Source: Escherichia phage SUT_E1620
Direction: 5' to 3' (one strand)
Sequence record: OQ939939
DNA length: 64,000 nucleotides
Shown here: piece by piece, positions 29,282 through 38,802 of the stretch
How the letters are laid out: every line of letters starts with the position of its first letter
Position numbering within the stretch: position 1 is the stretch's first letter
Notes under the pieces: generated by a model
What the model was told of the DNA's origin: nothing
The model's input: only the letters and a program-made list of their open reading frames with translations
The model's database searches: none
Program-made: the position numbers and the translations under genes

Positions 29282-31841
29282 CTAAAATCCTTTTCACATT
29301 ATCCAGATCTTTACATACAGCAATAAACTTATCATCCTTGTACTTGCTGTGGTCTGGATGCTCTTTATCCATTGCAGCTAACTTCTTATACTCGAAATCT
29401 GCATCGAGTAATACACCCTTAACATAACGAGTATACTCATCATCATCAATACAAGCGATTGATGGGTGCTGTTTCTTCATCTTACCACAAGAGTAGTCAC
29501 GAGAACCACCTTTCTCAGAATCAGAATCAATACCGATTGGGCAGCCAGGGATACTAATACCACGATCCTTCTGGATGTTACGAATCAGAATCTCGTTATA
29601 CTGATCGATCAGATCTTCACGTACAATGGCAACCACGGAGTCGTGAACCAACATGACGATCTTCATCTCTTTTCCTAGACCCAGGGACAGGATTTCTTCA
29701 TCAGCATCAATAGCCCCTAACAGGAGACTATCAGAAGATGCAGACTGAATGATTGCGTTAAATCCAGAACGGATTTCTTCACCCTGAACACCACGATCTT
29801 CGGAATGGATGTTATGCAGACGACGCTTACGACCAAAGTGACTATAGATGAATCCAAAGTTCTTGATCTGATCGTGGCACTTATCAATCCAACGCTTAAG
29901 CTGAGGGAACTGACCGAAGTAAGTTTCGATATAGTCCTTCGCATCTGCAACGGTACATTCAACAAACGGTTCGCCTGTCTTAGCGGCCTGTTCCAGAAGA
30001 GCTTCGTTAACAGAGTGAGCGACTTTAGCTGGGCCAGAACCATACAGAATACCGAAGGTAATTGCCTTAGCAGCCTGACGCAGAGCTGGGAACAACTTCT
30101 TAACATCACGCGGTTCACAGGTCAGTTTAAATACCATGTGTGCGATGTTTGAGTGGAAGTCAGGATATTTATCAGGTTCATTCTTCATGTTGATAAATAC
30201 TTGTTGCATATTTCTGTCACCAGACAGAACAGCAGCATAGTAAACTTCCGCAGTTGTTAAGTCCCATGCAATTACACGATATCCAGGAGGAGCTACTACA
30301 CAACCCTTGATAATAGATTCATCACGTGGTAACTGTTGTAGGTTCAGCTTACCAGAAGAACTCAGACGACCAGAAGTAGTCATATGTTCGTGGAAACCGG
30401 TACGAATACAACCATCTGCATCGATGCTCAGAAGAATCTTCTCAACATATGTAGAGATCAGCTTAGTCAGCTTACGAATCTCTAGCAGAGTTTTAGCAAT
30501 CGGATGCTGAGTAGCCAATTCATTCAGAGCTTCTGCGTTTGTAGAATCTGCACCTGTATCTGTCAGTTTACCAGTTGGAGTCAGACCAACATAATCAAAC
30601 AGAAGAACACGAAGTTGCTTAACAGAGTTCGGGTTAAATGCTTCGTTCTGATCTTTCTCTAGCTGAACGACTTCTGGATAAGTATACAGCTTTTCACGAG
30701 CCTTGTTCAGGTTGTGAGTTAACTGATACTGAGCTTCTTTCAAGCGATCAACAGAAATCGGTACACCTCGATCTTCAACACGTTGAAGGAATACACAACC
30801 AGGCATCAGAACGTCATAGTACAGACTGCAAAGCTTTTCATTCTTCTCAATTTTTGGTAAGAAGAAGTTATGCAGACGCAGAGTAGCATCGGTATCTTTT
30901 GCAGCATATGGCCACATAATATCAAATGGAATCAGATCATAGCTGAAATCCTCTTTTTTGATCTTATGTGCCTTGCAATAATCATCCTTGAACTTATCCA
31001 GTTCAAAGTCGTAATCGCCCATGTCAGTATACTTCATAGCCAGAGATTTCAGGCCGTGGGTACCACGACGTTCATCGAGAACATAGTGTTGTAACATGGT
31101 ATCGTGAAGTCTACGCTCTTTATGTGCTTTCTCGAAGGAAAGTCCTAGATGATAGGAATAAAAGTGCATATCGAACTTCAAGTTATGGAAAACGATCTGA
31201 TGATTCTTGCTATCCAGAATTTTCTGGAGATAATGTACAGCTACTTCGGTGATACTGTCAGAATCAATATAGACACCCTGATACTCTTGGTGAGACATAG
31301 AAACACCAAGTAGATAACCATCACGAGCGTACAGAGCTGAGGTTTCGGAGTCGAATGCGATAGGACCGATAACCATGTTATACACCATCTTGATGTATTC
31401 TTCAGCTTCATCTGGATCAGTAATAGGACGATAATCACCAGCTTTTGCAATCTTCTCACGACCATTAATAATATCGTGAATACTTTCTACAGTTGCATCG
31501 AAAACTGGTTTCATTTCAGGTTTAAAGTGTAACTGAGCTGGACTAATACTTGCAATCCAATTGGCATAGCCGCCATGCTCTACACGTTTACCAGTATAAT
31601 CACCGATACCTTTCTTACCTGCGAAATACAGGAAAGGTTCAGCACCAACTAGTACAACAAAATCGTAATCGTTCGGATCGAACGGGTTATCTGGAGTTCC
31701 GATTGTAATATGCTTTTTCAGCAAACGGCCAGATAACTTCTCGTTACACATATGGAATACATCAACTTCCTCACCATAAAGCTGGAAGTGTTTATCATAA
31801 CGAGTGTTATTTAGAGCTTTATCAACTACTGCAATTTTCAA
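29274..31841 (-). CDS. family A DNA polymerase with 3'-5' exonuclease domain (T5 polymerase-like)
   Basis: 855 aa; exo motif FDSETS; pol motif B RQAAKAITFGILYGSG; motif C VHDS. Confidence 0.85.
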   Translation of the reverse strand: MKIAVVDKALNNTRYDKHFQLYGEEVDVFHMCNEKLSGRLLKKHITIGTPDNPFDPNDYDFVVLVGAEPFLYFAGKKGIGDYTGKRVEHGGYANWIASISPAQLHFKPEMKPVFDATVESIHDIINGREKIAKAGDYRPITDPDEAEEYIKMVYNMVIGPIAFDSETSALYARDGYLLGVSMSHQEYQGVYIDSDSITEVAVHYLQKILDSKNHQIVFHNLKFDMHFYSYHLGLSFEKAHKERRLHDTMLQHYVLDERRGTHGLKSLAMKYTDMGDYDFELDKFKDDYCKAHKIKKEDFSYDLIPFDIMWPYAAKDTDATLRLHNFFLPKIEKNEKLCSLYYDVLMPGCVFLQRVEDRGVPISVDRLKEAQYQLTHNLNKAREKLYTYPEVVQLEKDQNEAFNPNSVKQLRVLLFDYVGLTPTGKLTDTGADSTNAEALNELATQHPIAKTLLEIRKLTKLISTYVEKILLSIDADGCIRTGFHEHMTTSGRLSSSGKLNLQQLPRDESIIKGCVVAPPGYRVIAWDLTTAEVYYAAVLSGDRNMQQVFINMKNEPDKYPDFHSNIAHMVFKLTCEPRDVKKLFPALRQAAKAITFGILYGSGPAKVAHSVNEALLEQAAKTGEPFVECTVADAKDYIETYFGQFPQLKRWIDKCHDQIKNFGFIYSHFGRKRRLHNIHSEDRGVQGEEIRSGFNAIIQSASSDSLLLGAIDADEEILSLGLGKEMKIVMLVHDSVVAIVREDLIDQYNEILIRNIQKDRGISIPGCPIGIDSDSEKGGSRDYSCGKMKKQHPSIACIDDDEYTRYVKGVLLDADFEYKKLAAMDKEHPDHSKYKDDKFIAVCKDLDNVKRILGA

Positions 31842-31902
31842 ATTTAGTCTCCTTTTGGTAAGTAAGTATAACTTCAGTGTTTCTTCTCTAACTTACCAAT
31901 AT

Positions 31903-31911
31903 ATTATACCA
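31903..31911 (-). promoter_or_regulatory. extended -10 promoter upstream of DNA polymerase gene
   Basis: TGGTATAAT on - strand, 60 nt upstream of polymerase start. Confidence 0.35.
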
Positions 31912-32794
31912 AATCTTTGAGCGATTCGGCAACTAAAATTTCAATACGTTGAGCCAACATATCGATCTCTTCTTTATTTAAGTCACCTGGGTCTTTGCCT
32001 TCTGGAAGAAGGAAGTTACCAACTACAGGTGTTAAACGTGTTTTTGTACGAATTAGCTTCGCTAGTGCTTGGGCAGCTTTATTACCAGAGGCATCATTAT
32101 CTAGCAAGATAACAACTACTCTTACTCCAGCAATAATGTAAGGACTGAACTTATCAGCAATGTTATCAGATGTAAACTGATGTGTACCAAAGCAGCAAGA
32201 AGCATAATCCACACCGTTATCTTCTAGATTTAACATATCAAAGATACCTTCAACTAGAACAAGAACTGGTGTATTATATCGTACAGGGAAAATCGGTGGT
32301 GAAACTTGTTTTGGTTTTACTAAGTATTTAGGAGGGGCAGAACTGTTTATAGAACGTCCCAGAAATAGGATATTGCGTCCAACAGCATCTGTTATTGGGA
32401 ATACAATTCTGCCTTCCCAGTCTGCTTGATGTTGGAAAGCAAAATATTTCTTCAAGGTCTTAGAACTGATACCTCGGAAATCACCTTCGAAAAGGTAAGC
32501 AGATTCAGGAATTGCAAGATTCGTAGATCCATTCCTAATCTCTGAAATCTTTTTACGTACTTGTGACAATCTTGGTGACTGTCTGTACTGAGTCTCATTA
32601 AAATAATGGTAAATGCTCGGTATTCCTCTACCGAAGCCACAACTCAAGCAGTGCATAATACCTGATTCAGGATCAATACGCAAACTTGGGTGTTTATCAT
32701 CATGATCTGGATTGAGACAACAGATGAGGATGTCCCCACCTGTGTCTTTGTATTCAATGCCTTTCAGATCAAGTAGTTCTGTTATTCTACTCAT
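31904..32794 (-). CDS. DNA primase (zinc finger + Toprim)
   Basis: 296 aa; CLNPDHDDKHPS...HCLSCG zinc-binding motif; acidic Toprim-like core. Confidence 0.65.
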   Translation of the reverse strand: MSRITELLDLKGIEYKDTGGDILICCLNPDHDDKHPSLRIDPESGIMHCLSCGFGRGIPSIYHYFNETQYRQSPRLSQVRKKISEIRNGSTNLAIPESAYLFEGDFRGISSKTLKKYFAFQHQADWEGRIVFPITDAVGRNILFLGRSINSSAPPKYLVKPKQVSPPIFPVRYNTPVLVLVEGIFDMLNLEDNGVDYASCCFGTHQFTSDNIADKFSPYIIAGVRVVVILLDNDASGNKAAQALAKLIRTKTRLTPVVGNFLLPEGKDPGDLNKEEIDMLAQRIEILVAESLKDLV

Positions 32795-34314
32795 ATATCG
32801 CTGGCCTGTTCACCTGTTGAATTTTCAGCTTTGTCTTTCTTAGCACGTTTAGGTTGAGCTGGTTTATCCTTTTCAATAGGAATAACGAACTCAGCTTCCA
32901 TTTGCGCAATATCTTCCATTGCTAGGTTGGTAGTGTTATCCATTCGTAGAGTTTCCCAGTTCATCTTAGGCATAAACTTCACACTATCAGAGGAACGAGT
33001 CTTAACGAAGTCAAACATAATAGCACCTTGACCGTTATCAGCTTTTGCAGCATTAAGATTAGCAGCCATATCTGCGGAATCAAGAATCCCTTTAGACATA
33101 CGCGTTCTACCATCTTGGTCAATCTGGTAAGGGGCAACACCAGCCACGTTATGTTTCTGGCAGATAGATTTGAAAGATGAACTAACAACCATCTGTTCTT
33201 TCCAGTCATACATATCAATGGTCTTTGAATCTGGAAGTCTTGTTTGGTTAATATAGTCTAGAAGAGCTACAGTAACCTTATCACCATACTTAGCAACTAG
33301 TTTATTTAATTCTACGTCAACCGTCGTAATAGACAGTTCAGGATCGTAAACGATGATCATAGGAGTGTGAAGCTCATAGCCTTCAAGGAGTTTACTTTCC
33401 ATATCATAGAAGTCACTCATTTTAGCCATAGTGTATTGCTTAACGAAGTTATCGAAAAGCTCTTCACCACCATTAAACATCCTAGCCCTAGTTCTGGCTA
33501 ATCTCAACAGAGCAGCACCTTCAAGAGTGTTGTTACGCATTGCTAATGCAGATACTCCAGCTAACATAGCCAGATTACGTCTAAACACTTCGTGCTCTTT
33601 CATCTCAATTGAGAAATATGGAGCAATGTCTCCATTCAAATATTGCTGAACCTGTATGTTTGAACAGATAATGGATTTACCAGTACCACGCCAACCACCA
33701 AGCAGTAACGTTTCTGTGCGAGCTAAACCAATTTGAGCGTCGAACTCATTACAAATACCAAGAGCGATCAAGTTCAGTTTGGTATCTTCTTCTCTCTGGA
33801 AAATACGCATTGTGTCTGCGTTGAATACCTTTCCAGTATTCGTTACTTTCTCTTCTAATTTTAAGTGAAGGGAGGCAACTCGGTTGAGAATTTCTCCCTG
33901 ATCCAGCATTGTTAAATCTTGAAGCACGTCTGTTTCTAGAAGCTTCAGGAATAGATCCTGTGTATATTCGGCTTCTAGGACTTCAAGCGCCTGTTCCATG
34001 CTCACTTCTGGAATTTGAGTGTTAGCTAAGACGACAAGAGCTTGAGAAAGGCGGGCGTTCCTATTGGCCTCAAGCATCAGTGCGTCAATGGACGGCATTG
34101 CGTTATATTTCTTATAATAATTCTGGACGGCTTGGTAAATTGAGGAGAAAGCGTCATTAAAATGATCTTTATGCAGTTTTGAGAATGTTTCCAATGCTAT
34201 TTGCTTCTGTTCAGAAGCGAGAAGCATCTTCAACACTACAGCTTGCACGTTAAACAAGGTCATTCTCCTTTGCACGCTTTCGTGCCTTCTAAATGCAAAA
34301 AGGGGAAGGAGCAT
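32791..34314 (-). CDS. DnaB-like replicative helicase
   Basis: 507 aa; RecA-like core with Walker A GGWRGTGKS; annotated N-terminus overlaps upstream terminator, so the true start is probably an internal Met. Confidence 0.6.
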   Translation of the reverse strand: MLLPLFAFRRHESVQRRMTLFNVQAVVLKMLLASEQKQIALETFSKLHKDHFNDAFSSIYQAVQNYYKKYNAMPSIDALMLEANRNARLSQALVVLANTQIPEVSMEQALEVLEAEYTQDLFLKLLETDVLQDLTMLDQGEILNRVASLHLKLEEKVTNTGKVFNADTMRIFQREEDTKLNLIALGICNEFDAQIGLARTETLLLGGWRGTGKSIICSNIQVQQYLNGDIAPYFSIEMKEHEVFRRNLAMLAGVSALAMRNNTLEGAALLRLARTRARMFNGGEELFDNFVKQYTMAKMSDFYDMESKLLEGYELHTPMIIVYDPELSITTVDVELNKLVAKYGDKVTVALLDYINQTRLPDSKTIDMYDWKEQMVVSSSFKSICQKHNVAGVAPYQIDQDGRTRMSKGILDSADMAANLNAAKADNGQGAIMFDFVKTRSSDSVKFMPKMNWETLRMDNTTNLAMEDIAQMEAEFVIPIEKDKPAQPKRAKKDKAENSTGEQASDI

Positions 34315-34340
34315 AGCCCCCTCCCCTTAGGTTTAATTTA
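34305..34340 (-). terminator. intrinsic terminator after D5-like gene
   Basis: G/C-rich hairpin (AAGGGGAGG...CCTTCCCCTT) followed by T5 on - strand. Confidence 0.55.
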
Positions 34341-34345
34341 CCAGA

Positions 34346-35113
34346 TTATTCAGCAGCCGCAGCTTTTGCATCCAGTTTAGCACGCTTAGCGGCACCATCA
34401 TAGTCCTTAGCAACCAGACCACGACGAGACAGCATAGATTTAACACCGCGCTCAGACTTACCAGTTTTCTCAGCGATCTCAGCAACAGTCATGTTAGCCA
34501 GATCCAGACCTTCTAACAGATCTTCACGAGTTTTAGCACTTGAAGTTTCCTGTACCGGCATAGCAGCGATACGACCTTCACGAAGCAGACTCAGAGCTTT
34601 ACCACGGATCTGCTTAATATTGCGACCGAAGTGAGCAGCGATAGCTTCAATAGTAGCACCAGCAACAACCTGATTAACGAAATCAGTTTCTTCGTCAGGA
34701 GTGAAGGAACGAACAGCAGCAGCTTTTTCGGTTGGCTTAACAGAAGCAGTCATTTCCAGACTCAGGATCTTACCCTGTACCTGCTTAGCACCGAACTGAC
34801 CACCAGCTACAGCAGCAGCGATTTCAGCGTAAGTATACTGACCAGCATGAGCGTTCAGGAAATCAACCAGTTCAGCTTCCTGCTCAGGAGTCCACGGGGA
34901 TTTCTGTACTTCGTTTGCTTTCTGTACTTCGAAACCTTCTTTACGCAGCTTAGAGCCAACAGAGCGAGCGGTAACGTCTTTACCAGTCTCGGTAGCCAGT
35001 TCAGCAGCGATAGCAGCTACTTGTTCTTGAGAGATTACAGCAACACCCAGAGCAGTGGCTTTTGCTTTCAGAGACTCGGTTACACCTTCTACGTTCCAGT
35101 TCAGTTTAGACAT
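34346..35113 (-). CDS. DNA-binding protein with four tandem HTH-like repeats (T5 D5-like)
   Basis: 255 aa; repeated about 38-aa module (xEIAxxxGKxxxxVRxKxLSL); host-like codon usage; terminator downstream. Confidence 0.5.
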   Translation of the reverse strand: MSKLNWNVEGVTESLKAKATALGVAVISQEQVAAIAAELATETGKDVTARSVGSKLRKEGFEVQKANEVQKSPWTPEQEAELVDFLNAHAGQYTYAEIAAAVAGGQFGAKQVQGKILSLEMTASVKPTEKAAAVRSFTPDEETDFVNQVVAGATIEAIAAHFGRNIKQIRGKALSLLREGRIAAMPVQETSSAKTREDLLEGLDLANMTVAEIAEKTGKSERGVKSMLSRRGLVAKDYDGAAKRAKLDAKAAAAE

Positions 35114-35888
35114 TATTATTTTTCTCCAATAGTTCTTTAATCGACAGGATTTCTATCCCATTCGTTTCGGCTTTCTTATAAGATGAGGAAGAACGTTTTG
35201 ATTCATCCTCACAGATTAGGTATTTGACGTCTTTGGTAACGGACTTCTTAACCGTATATCCTAGACTTTCTAAATAGTTTGTTGCATCCGTTCGATTTGC
35301 AAAATCTTGCAAAGATCCGGTAATACAGACCGTGATTCCATTTGGCTGGGCAACTAAATCATCTGTAATGATGATATCAGCTTTAGCACCTCGAATACCA
35401 GTTGAGAATTTCCACGGTAATTCAATAACATCCTTGCCTTGTGGGGAATTTAGCCAGGTTTTGTAATTTTCTCCAGCCTTGCCGTCAGCCTTCACATCGT
35501 GGAAGCTAGTGCAATTTTGGGACAGTTTCTTTGCTGCAACCTCTCCAATAAGAGGAATTCCTAAAGAACCGAGAACCGAACCAAAGTCAATGTCTCCGCG
35601 AACCTTAGTATTTAACTCGCTAATCAACTTAGCGGCAACCTTGCTACCCACAGCTCCGACCAAATCTTCTTCGGTCAGGTAAAACAGTTCTGAGATCTTA
35701 GTCAGTTCCAGCTTCTCAATAGTTTTCGGGCCAAAGCCCTTTAACTTCATTTTTGTGCAGAAGTTCTCGATTAACTTACTTGATTGCGCTGGACAGTTGG
35801 ACTTATTCCTACAGAATAATTGCCCGTTGACAAGATCTAGCTTAGAACCACAAGAGGGACATTGTGTTGGAATTTCGATTTTCATCAA
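35106..35888 (-). CDS. ligB: NAD+-dependent DNA ligase, C-terminal subunit (Zn finger, HhH, BRCT)
   Basis: 260 aa; CPSCGS...C Zn finger, HhH segment, C-terminal BRCT-like (VCITGSL...YLICE). Confidence 0.7.
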   Translation of the reverse strand: MMKIEIPTQCPSCGSKLDLVNGQLFCRNKSNCPAQSSKLIENFCTKMKLKGFGPKTIEKLELTKISELFYLTEEDLVGAVGSKVAAKLISELNTKVRGDIDFGSVLGSLGIPLIGEVAAKKLSQNCTSFHDVKADGKAGENYKTWLNSPQGKDVIELPWKFSTGIRGAKADIIITDDLVAQPNGITVCITGSLQDFANRTDATNYLESLGYTVKKSVTKDVKYLICEDESKRSSSSYKKAETNGIEILSIKELLEKNNNV

Positions 35889-35915
35889 ATTTCTTCCTTA
35901 TCAATTTATATAAAT

Positions 35916-35944
35916 ATTATAGCAAGTATTTAAGCATTTAGCAA
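35916..35944 (-). promoter_or_regulatory. promoter proximal to ligB
   Basis: TTGCTA-17-TATAAT on - strand in ligA-ligB spacer. Confidence 0.55.
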
Positions 35945-36008
35945 CTACAATTTTAACTAACTTTGCTTACCCTCGCCATAACTTTCTATCCCTCAACTGA
36001 ATGATAAT

Positions 36009-36037
36009 AGTATATACCTAAGCGGCGAAAATGTCAA
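36009..36037 (-). promoter_or_regulatory. second promoter in ligA-ligB spacer
   Basis: TTGACA-17-TATACT on - strand. Confidence 0.45.
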
Positions 36038-36087
36038 TAACCACTTTATAATTCCGACACGGTAAACGGGTAGCAAAGGGTTACGAA

Positions 36088-37059
36088 TTAGTCGTATACT
36101 CGCTCTACTATACAAGGGATTACACCACCAGCACGAATCACTCGAATCTGGCAACCGATCTCTAAATCGAGAGCGTTAATATAATCAACGTTATTAAGAG
36201 TTGCTTTAACGATTGTGGCATCATCAATAATCACCGGTTCGAAATAACCAACTGGAGTTACTTTACCAGAAGCCCCTACTTGCCATTCAACTTTAACAAG
36301 TGTGGTAATTTCGCCTTCTTCATCCTCTTTAATAGCAAATGCACCACGAGGAAATTTATTAGTCCAACCTTCACGGAAGAATTTATTGTTGTCGTTAATA
36401 CGAACAACTTTACCGTCCGTCGGAATCCATTTAAAAAAGGAACGAACATTAACAACTGTCAAGAAGTTCTCATTCTCTAGCCAAAGCATATCTTTTAAAT
36501 AGGCTTCTGTAATACCGACTGTTTCCGCTGAACACTGGATACCATATGCAACGAAGATTAAACCACCTTCACCAATACGTTGCATGAAATCATCACTATC
36601 TTTCAGGTTAATAGCACCCGAAGCGTAGTTACGTTTGTTCTCTACTTCTTTAGTAATGAGAACTTCACCAGTGATTTGAGTTGGTACTTTTTGGGAAATA
36701 GTTTTGGGGATGTTTAGCATTTTAACATTATGCGTTACATCATTCCCTAGAATACCGTTACCACGAGTTAACGCTTGAACAAATTCACCATTAATGTATA
36801 ATAGAGAAATCGCACAACCATCTAACTTATCAGTTTCAACCTGACCTAATGGATTAAACGGAGCTTTATCACCACGATCGTAATAGACTTTCTGTAAAGA
36901 ATACATACGATACAAATGAGGAATATCACCTTTCGGCCCGATTTCTTCCTCTAGCGGGAATCTTTTAATCAGACGATCATATTCTTCATCGGAAATAAGA
37001 CTCATTCCCTGGTAGTACGCTTCTTGACAACGTTTGATAAAGTCTTTTACATTATTCAT
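36088..37059 (-). CDS. ligA: NAD+-dependent DNA ligase, N-terminal adenylation/OB subunit
   Basis: 323 aa; adenylation motif KLDG; OB-fold region; separated from ligB by about 200 bp carrying promoters. Confidence 0.75.
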   Translation of the reverse strand: MNNVKDFIKRCQEAYYQGMSLISDEEYDRLIKRFPLEEEIGPKGDIPHLYRMYSLQKVYYDRGDKAPFNPLGQVETDKLDGCAISLLYINGEFVQALTRGNGILGNDVTHNVKMLNIPKTISQKVPTQITGEVLITKEVENKRNYASGAINLKDSDDFMQRIGEGGLIFVAYGIQCSAETVGITEAYLKDMLWLENENFLTVVNVRSFFKWIPTDGKVVRINDNNKFFREGWTNKFPRGAFAIKEDEEGEITTLVKVEWQVGASGKVTPVGYFEPVIIDDATIVKATLNNVDYINALDLEIGCQIRVIRAGGVIPCIVERVYD

Positions 37060-37270
37060 CGTCTGCGATTTCCATTTTGAGTTCTTTGTTATACTGAGCA
37101 GCCATACCAGCTAAATCAGCAGCTTCTTTCAACCACGCATCTTTGTACGCTTTCTGGTTTGGAGTGCCGATACTATCCTGGTAATTGATTCTTGCTATGG
37201 AGAGCAAATTAAGTTTTGCTTGAATCTTTGGAAGTGTTATTGTCATTGCCATAATTGATCCTCTCATCAA
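37052..37270 (-). CDS. hypothetical protein
   Basis: 72 aa; T5-type promoter upstream; overlaps ligA start. Confidence 0.35.
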   Translation of the reverse strand: MMRGSIMAMTITLPKIQAKLNLLSIARINYQDSIGTPNQKAYKDAWLKEAADLAGMAAQYNKELKMEIADDE

Positions 37271-37281
37271 TTTATATAAAT

Positions 37282-37310
37282 ATTATATATGAAAACTGAG
37301 TCGAAAGCAA
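37282..37310 (-). promoter_or_regulatory. T5-type early promoter
   Basis: TTGCTT-17-TATAAT followed by TATAAATTGATGAGAG. Confidence 0.55.
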
Positions 37311-37337
37311 GTACATTTATAAAGAAAAAGCCAAGAA

Positions 37338-37646
37338 CTAGGCATTCTTGGCTTTGAGTTCTTCAGCTCGTTTCTGTACTTCATGCAAGACCTCGGATTC
37401 ACTGAGGATTTGCGTAAAAGCGTAAAATAGCTGTGATGTAGTTTCTAGGGTATAAGGAAAAGAGAAGCCGGATTTCGTTGGAAACCACTCTCCAGTAATA
37501 TCTTGGAGCCAGTAACGAATTCCCATGTATAGATTCCCACGAAATTCAGATACGGTTAGTCTTACTTGTTCCCCCTCCTTCTCCCAAAGCATGATGGACT
37601 GGTCGTCAACGTGTCCTTCATAGTTTTGATTTACCTGATCACTCAT
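37338..37646 (-). CDS. PC4-like ssDNA-binding protein
   Basis: 102 aa; RLTVSEFRGNLYMGIRYW...GEWFPTKSGFSF resembles PC4/YdbC fold signature. Confidence 0.5.
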   Translation of the reverse strand: MSDQVNQNYEGHVDDQSIMLWEKEGEQVRLTVSEFRGNLYMGIRYWLQDITGEWFPTKSGFSFPYTLETTSQLFYAFTQILSESEVLHEVQKRAEELKAKNA

Positions 37647-37664
37647 TTACATATCCCAAATACA

Positions 37665-37686
37665 CAAAAAGCCCCATATAGGGGCT
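37665..37686 (-). terminator. intrinsic terminator after 98-aa gene
   Basis: GCCCC-ATATA-GGGGC hairpin followed by T5 on - strand. Confidence 0.55.
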
Positions 37687-37696
37687 AATTGGTTTC

Positions 37697-37993
37697 TTAT
37701 CGGCCTACTGGAGAAGCACGATCTAACTCTGACTGGAGGCTCGTCACACGGCGAACTTTCGCAACAGGAATGAAACGGAAGCTATCATTAGTACGAGAGA
37801 AAACGAGGATTTCATCTTCTTTCGGCTTACGGATGTGCTCACGTTTAATACGCTCAGCCAGGTATTTATCCTGAGCTGGATCAAATTCCATCGTACCCTG
37901 AAGGTACGTGGTTCCTTTCTGACGAAGTTTTTCGTAATGAAGATAAAACTCACCAAATTTTTCGCATTGAGCAATAATTTCAGCTTTATTCAT
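37697..37993 (-). CDS. hypothetical protein
   Basis: 98 aa; SD AAGGA; intrinsic terminator downstream; overlapping 76-aa alternative-frame ORF rejected. Confidence 0.4.
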   Translation of the reverse strand: MNKAEIIAQCEKFGEFYLHYEKLRQKGTTYLQGTMEFDPAQDKYLAERIKREHIRKPKEDEILVFSRTNDSFRFIPVAKVRRVTSLQSELDRASPVGR

Positions 37994-38029
37994 AACTGTA
38001 TTCCTTGTGTTGGTGGATTTATCTAAGAA

Positions 38030-38440
38030 TTACTTAGTGATAGCTCGGATAGCTTCTGCCAGATGAGCAGCTGCTTTACCGGTCAGCTTGTCGATGATTG
38101 CGTCGTCCAGGAAGTCCGGTGCTAAGCCAGCATCAGAGAATGCAGAGCGAAGATCGGAGTGAGCCTGAGCTTTGGAAGTACGAGAACCACCAGAAGCTTT
38201 TTCTCCAGTAGATACGCTTGATTTAGCAGTAGAGCCAGCAGCTTTCTTGATATACAGACCTGCTTTGGTCAGCTTCATACGGAAACCGTTCGGAGTTACA
38301 CCATTTTCCTGAGCAATTTCGCTAACAATTTCCATGCTAACGCCCGGACGCTCATCTTCTGGGAATTGCTCCATACGAGCAACGTAGTCGGAAGACATTT
38401 TTTCGAACAGTTCATCAGTCCACTGAGTTGGAGTAGTCAT
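38030..38440 (-). CDS. hypothetical protein sharing one HTH-like module with the D5-like protein
   Basis: 136 aa; SEIAQENGVTPNGFRMKLTKAGL resembles the D5-like repeat; own promoter. Confidence 0.4.
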   Translation of the reverse strand: MTTPTQWTDELFEKMSSDYVARMEQFPEDERPGVSMEIVSEIAQENGVTPNGFRMKLTKAGLYIKKAAGSTAKSSVSTGEKASGGSRTSKAQAHSDLRSAFSDAGLAPDFLDDAIIDKLTGKAAAHLAEAIRAITK

Positions 38441-38498
38441 ATTTTTCGATTTCCTTAATTAAGAATTAAACAGAATAGTTCTTTCAAACTATGAGAAT

Positions 38499-38527
38499 AT
38501 TATATCAAGAATTATAGGATTAAGCAA
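38499..38527 (-). promoter_or_regulatory. T5-type early promoter
   Basis: TTGCTT-17-TATAAT on - strand. Confidence 0.55.
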
Positions 38528-38547
38528 CTGAAATTTTTCAGTAACTG

Positions 38548-38802
38548 CTACACATCTAGTTCAACGATCTCCCAATCGTCGGCCAGAGCTTCGTCTAGAG
38601 TTAGCTCAGTGGTTTTCCACGATGCATCGTCTAGCGTGAGTTTAGTGCGTCCATCTTTAGACCACCACCAAGTAAATTCTATGATGTCATTATTATAAAC
38701 ATCTACTTTGATAATAGTGGTAGAATAGGTATTATTTTCCCAGCTATCTCGCTGGAGATATTTTACGTCTCCAGCTTTTAACAGATCAGTTAGTTTACTC
38801 AC
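38548..38802 (-). CDS. hypothetical protein
   Basis: 84 aa; overlaps upstream gene stop. Confidence 0.35.
   Translation of the reverse strand: MSKLTDLLKAGDVKYLQRDSWENNTYSTTIIKVDVYNNDIIEFTWWWSKDGRTKLTLDDASWKTTELTLDEALADDWEIVELDV

Noticed and set aside
34631-35140. Plus-strand 169-aa ORF opposite the D5-like gene
   Set aside because: Antisense shadow ORF; Ser/Phe-rich nonsense composition.
37744-37974. 76-aa alternative-frame ORF overlapping the 98-aa gene
   Set aside because: Same strand but a different frame; the 98-aa frame has the better SD and the terminator, so only one was kept.
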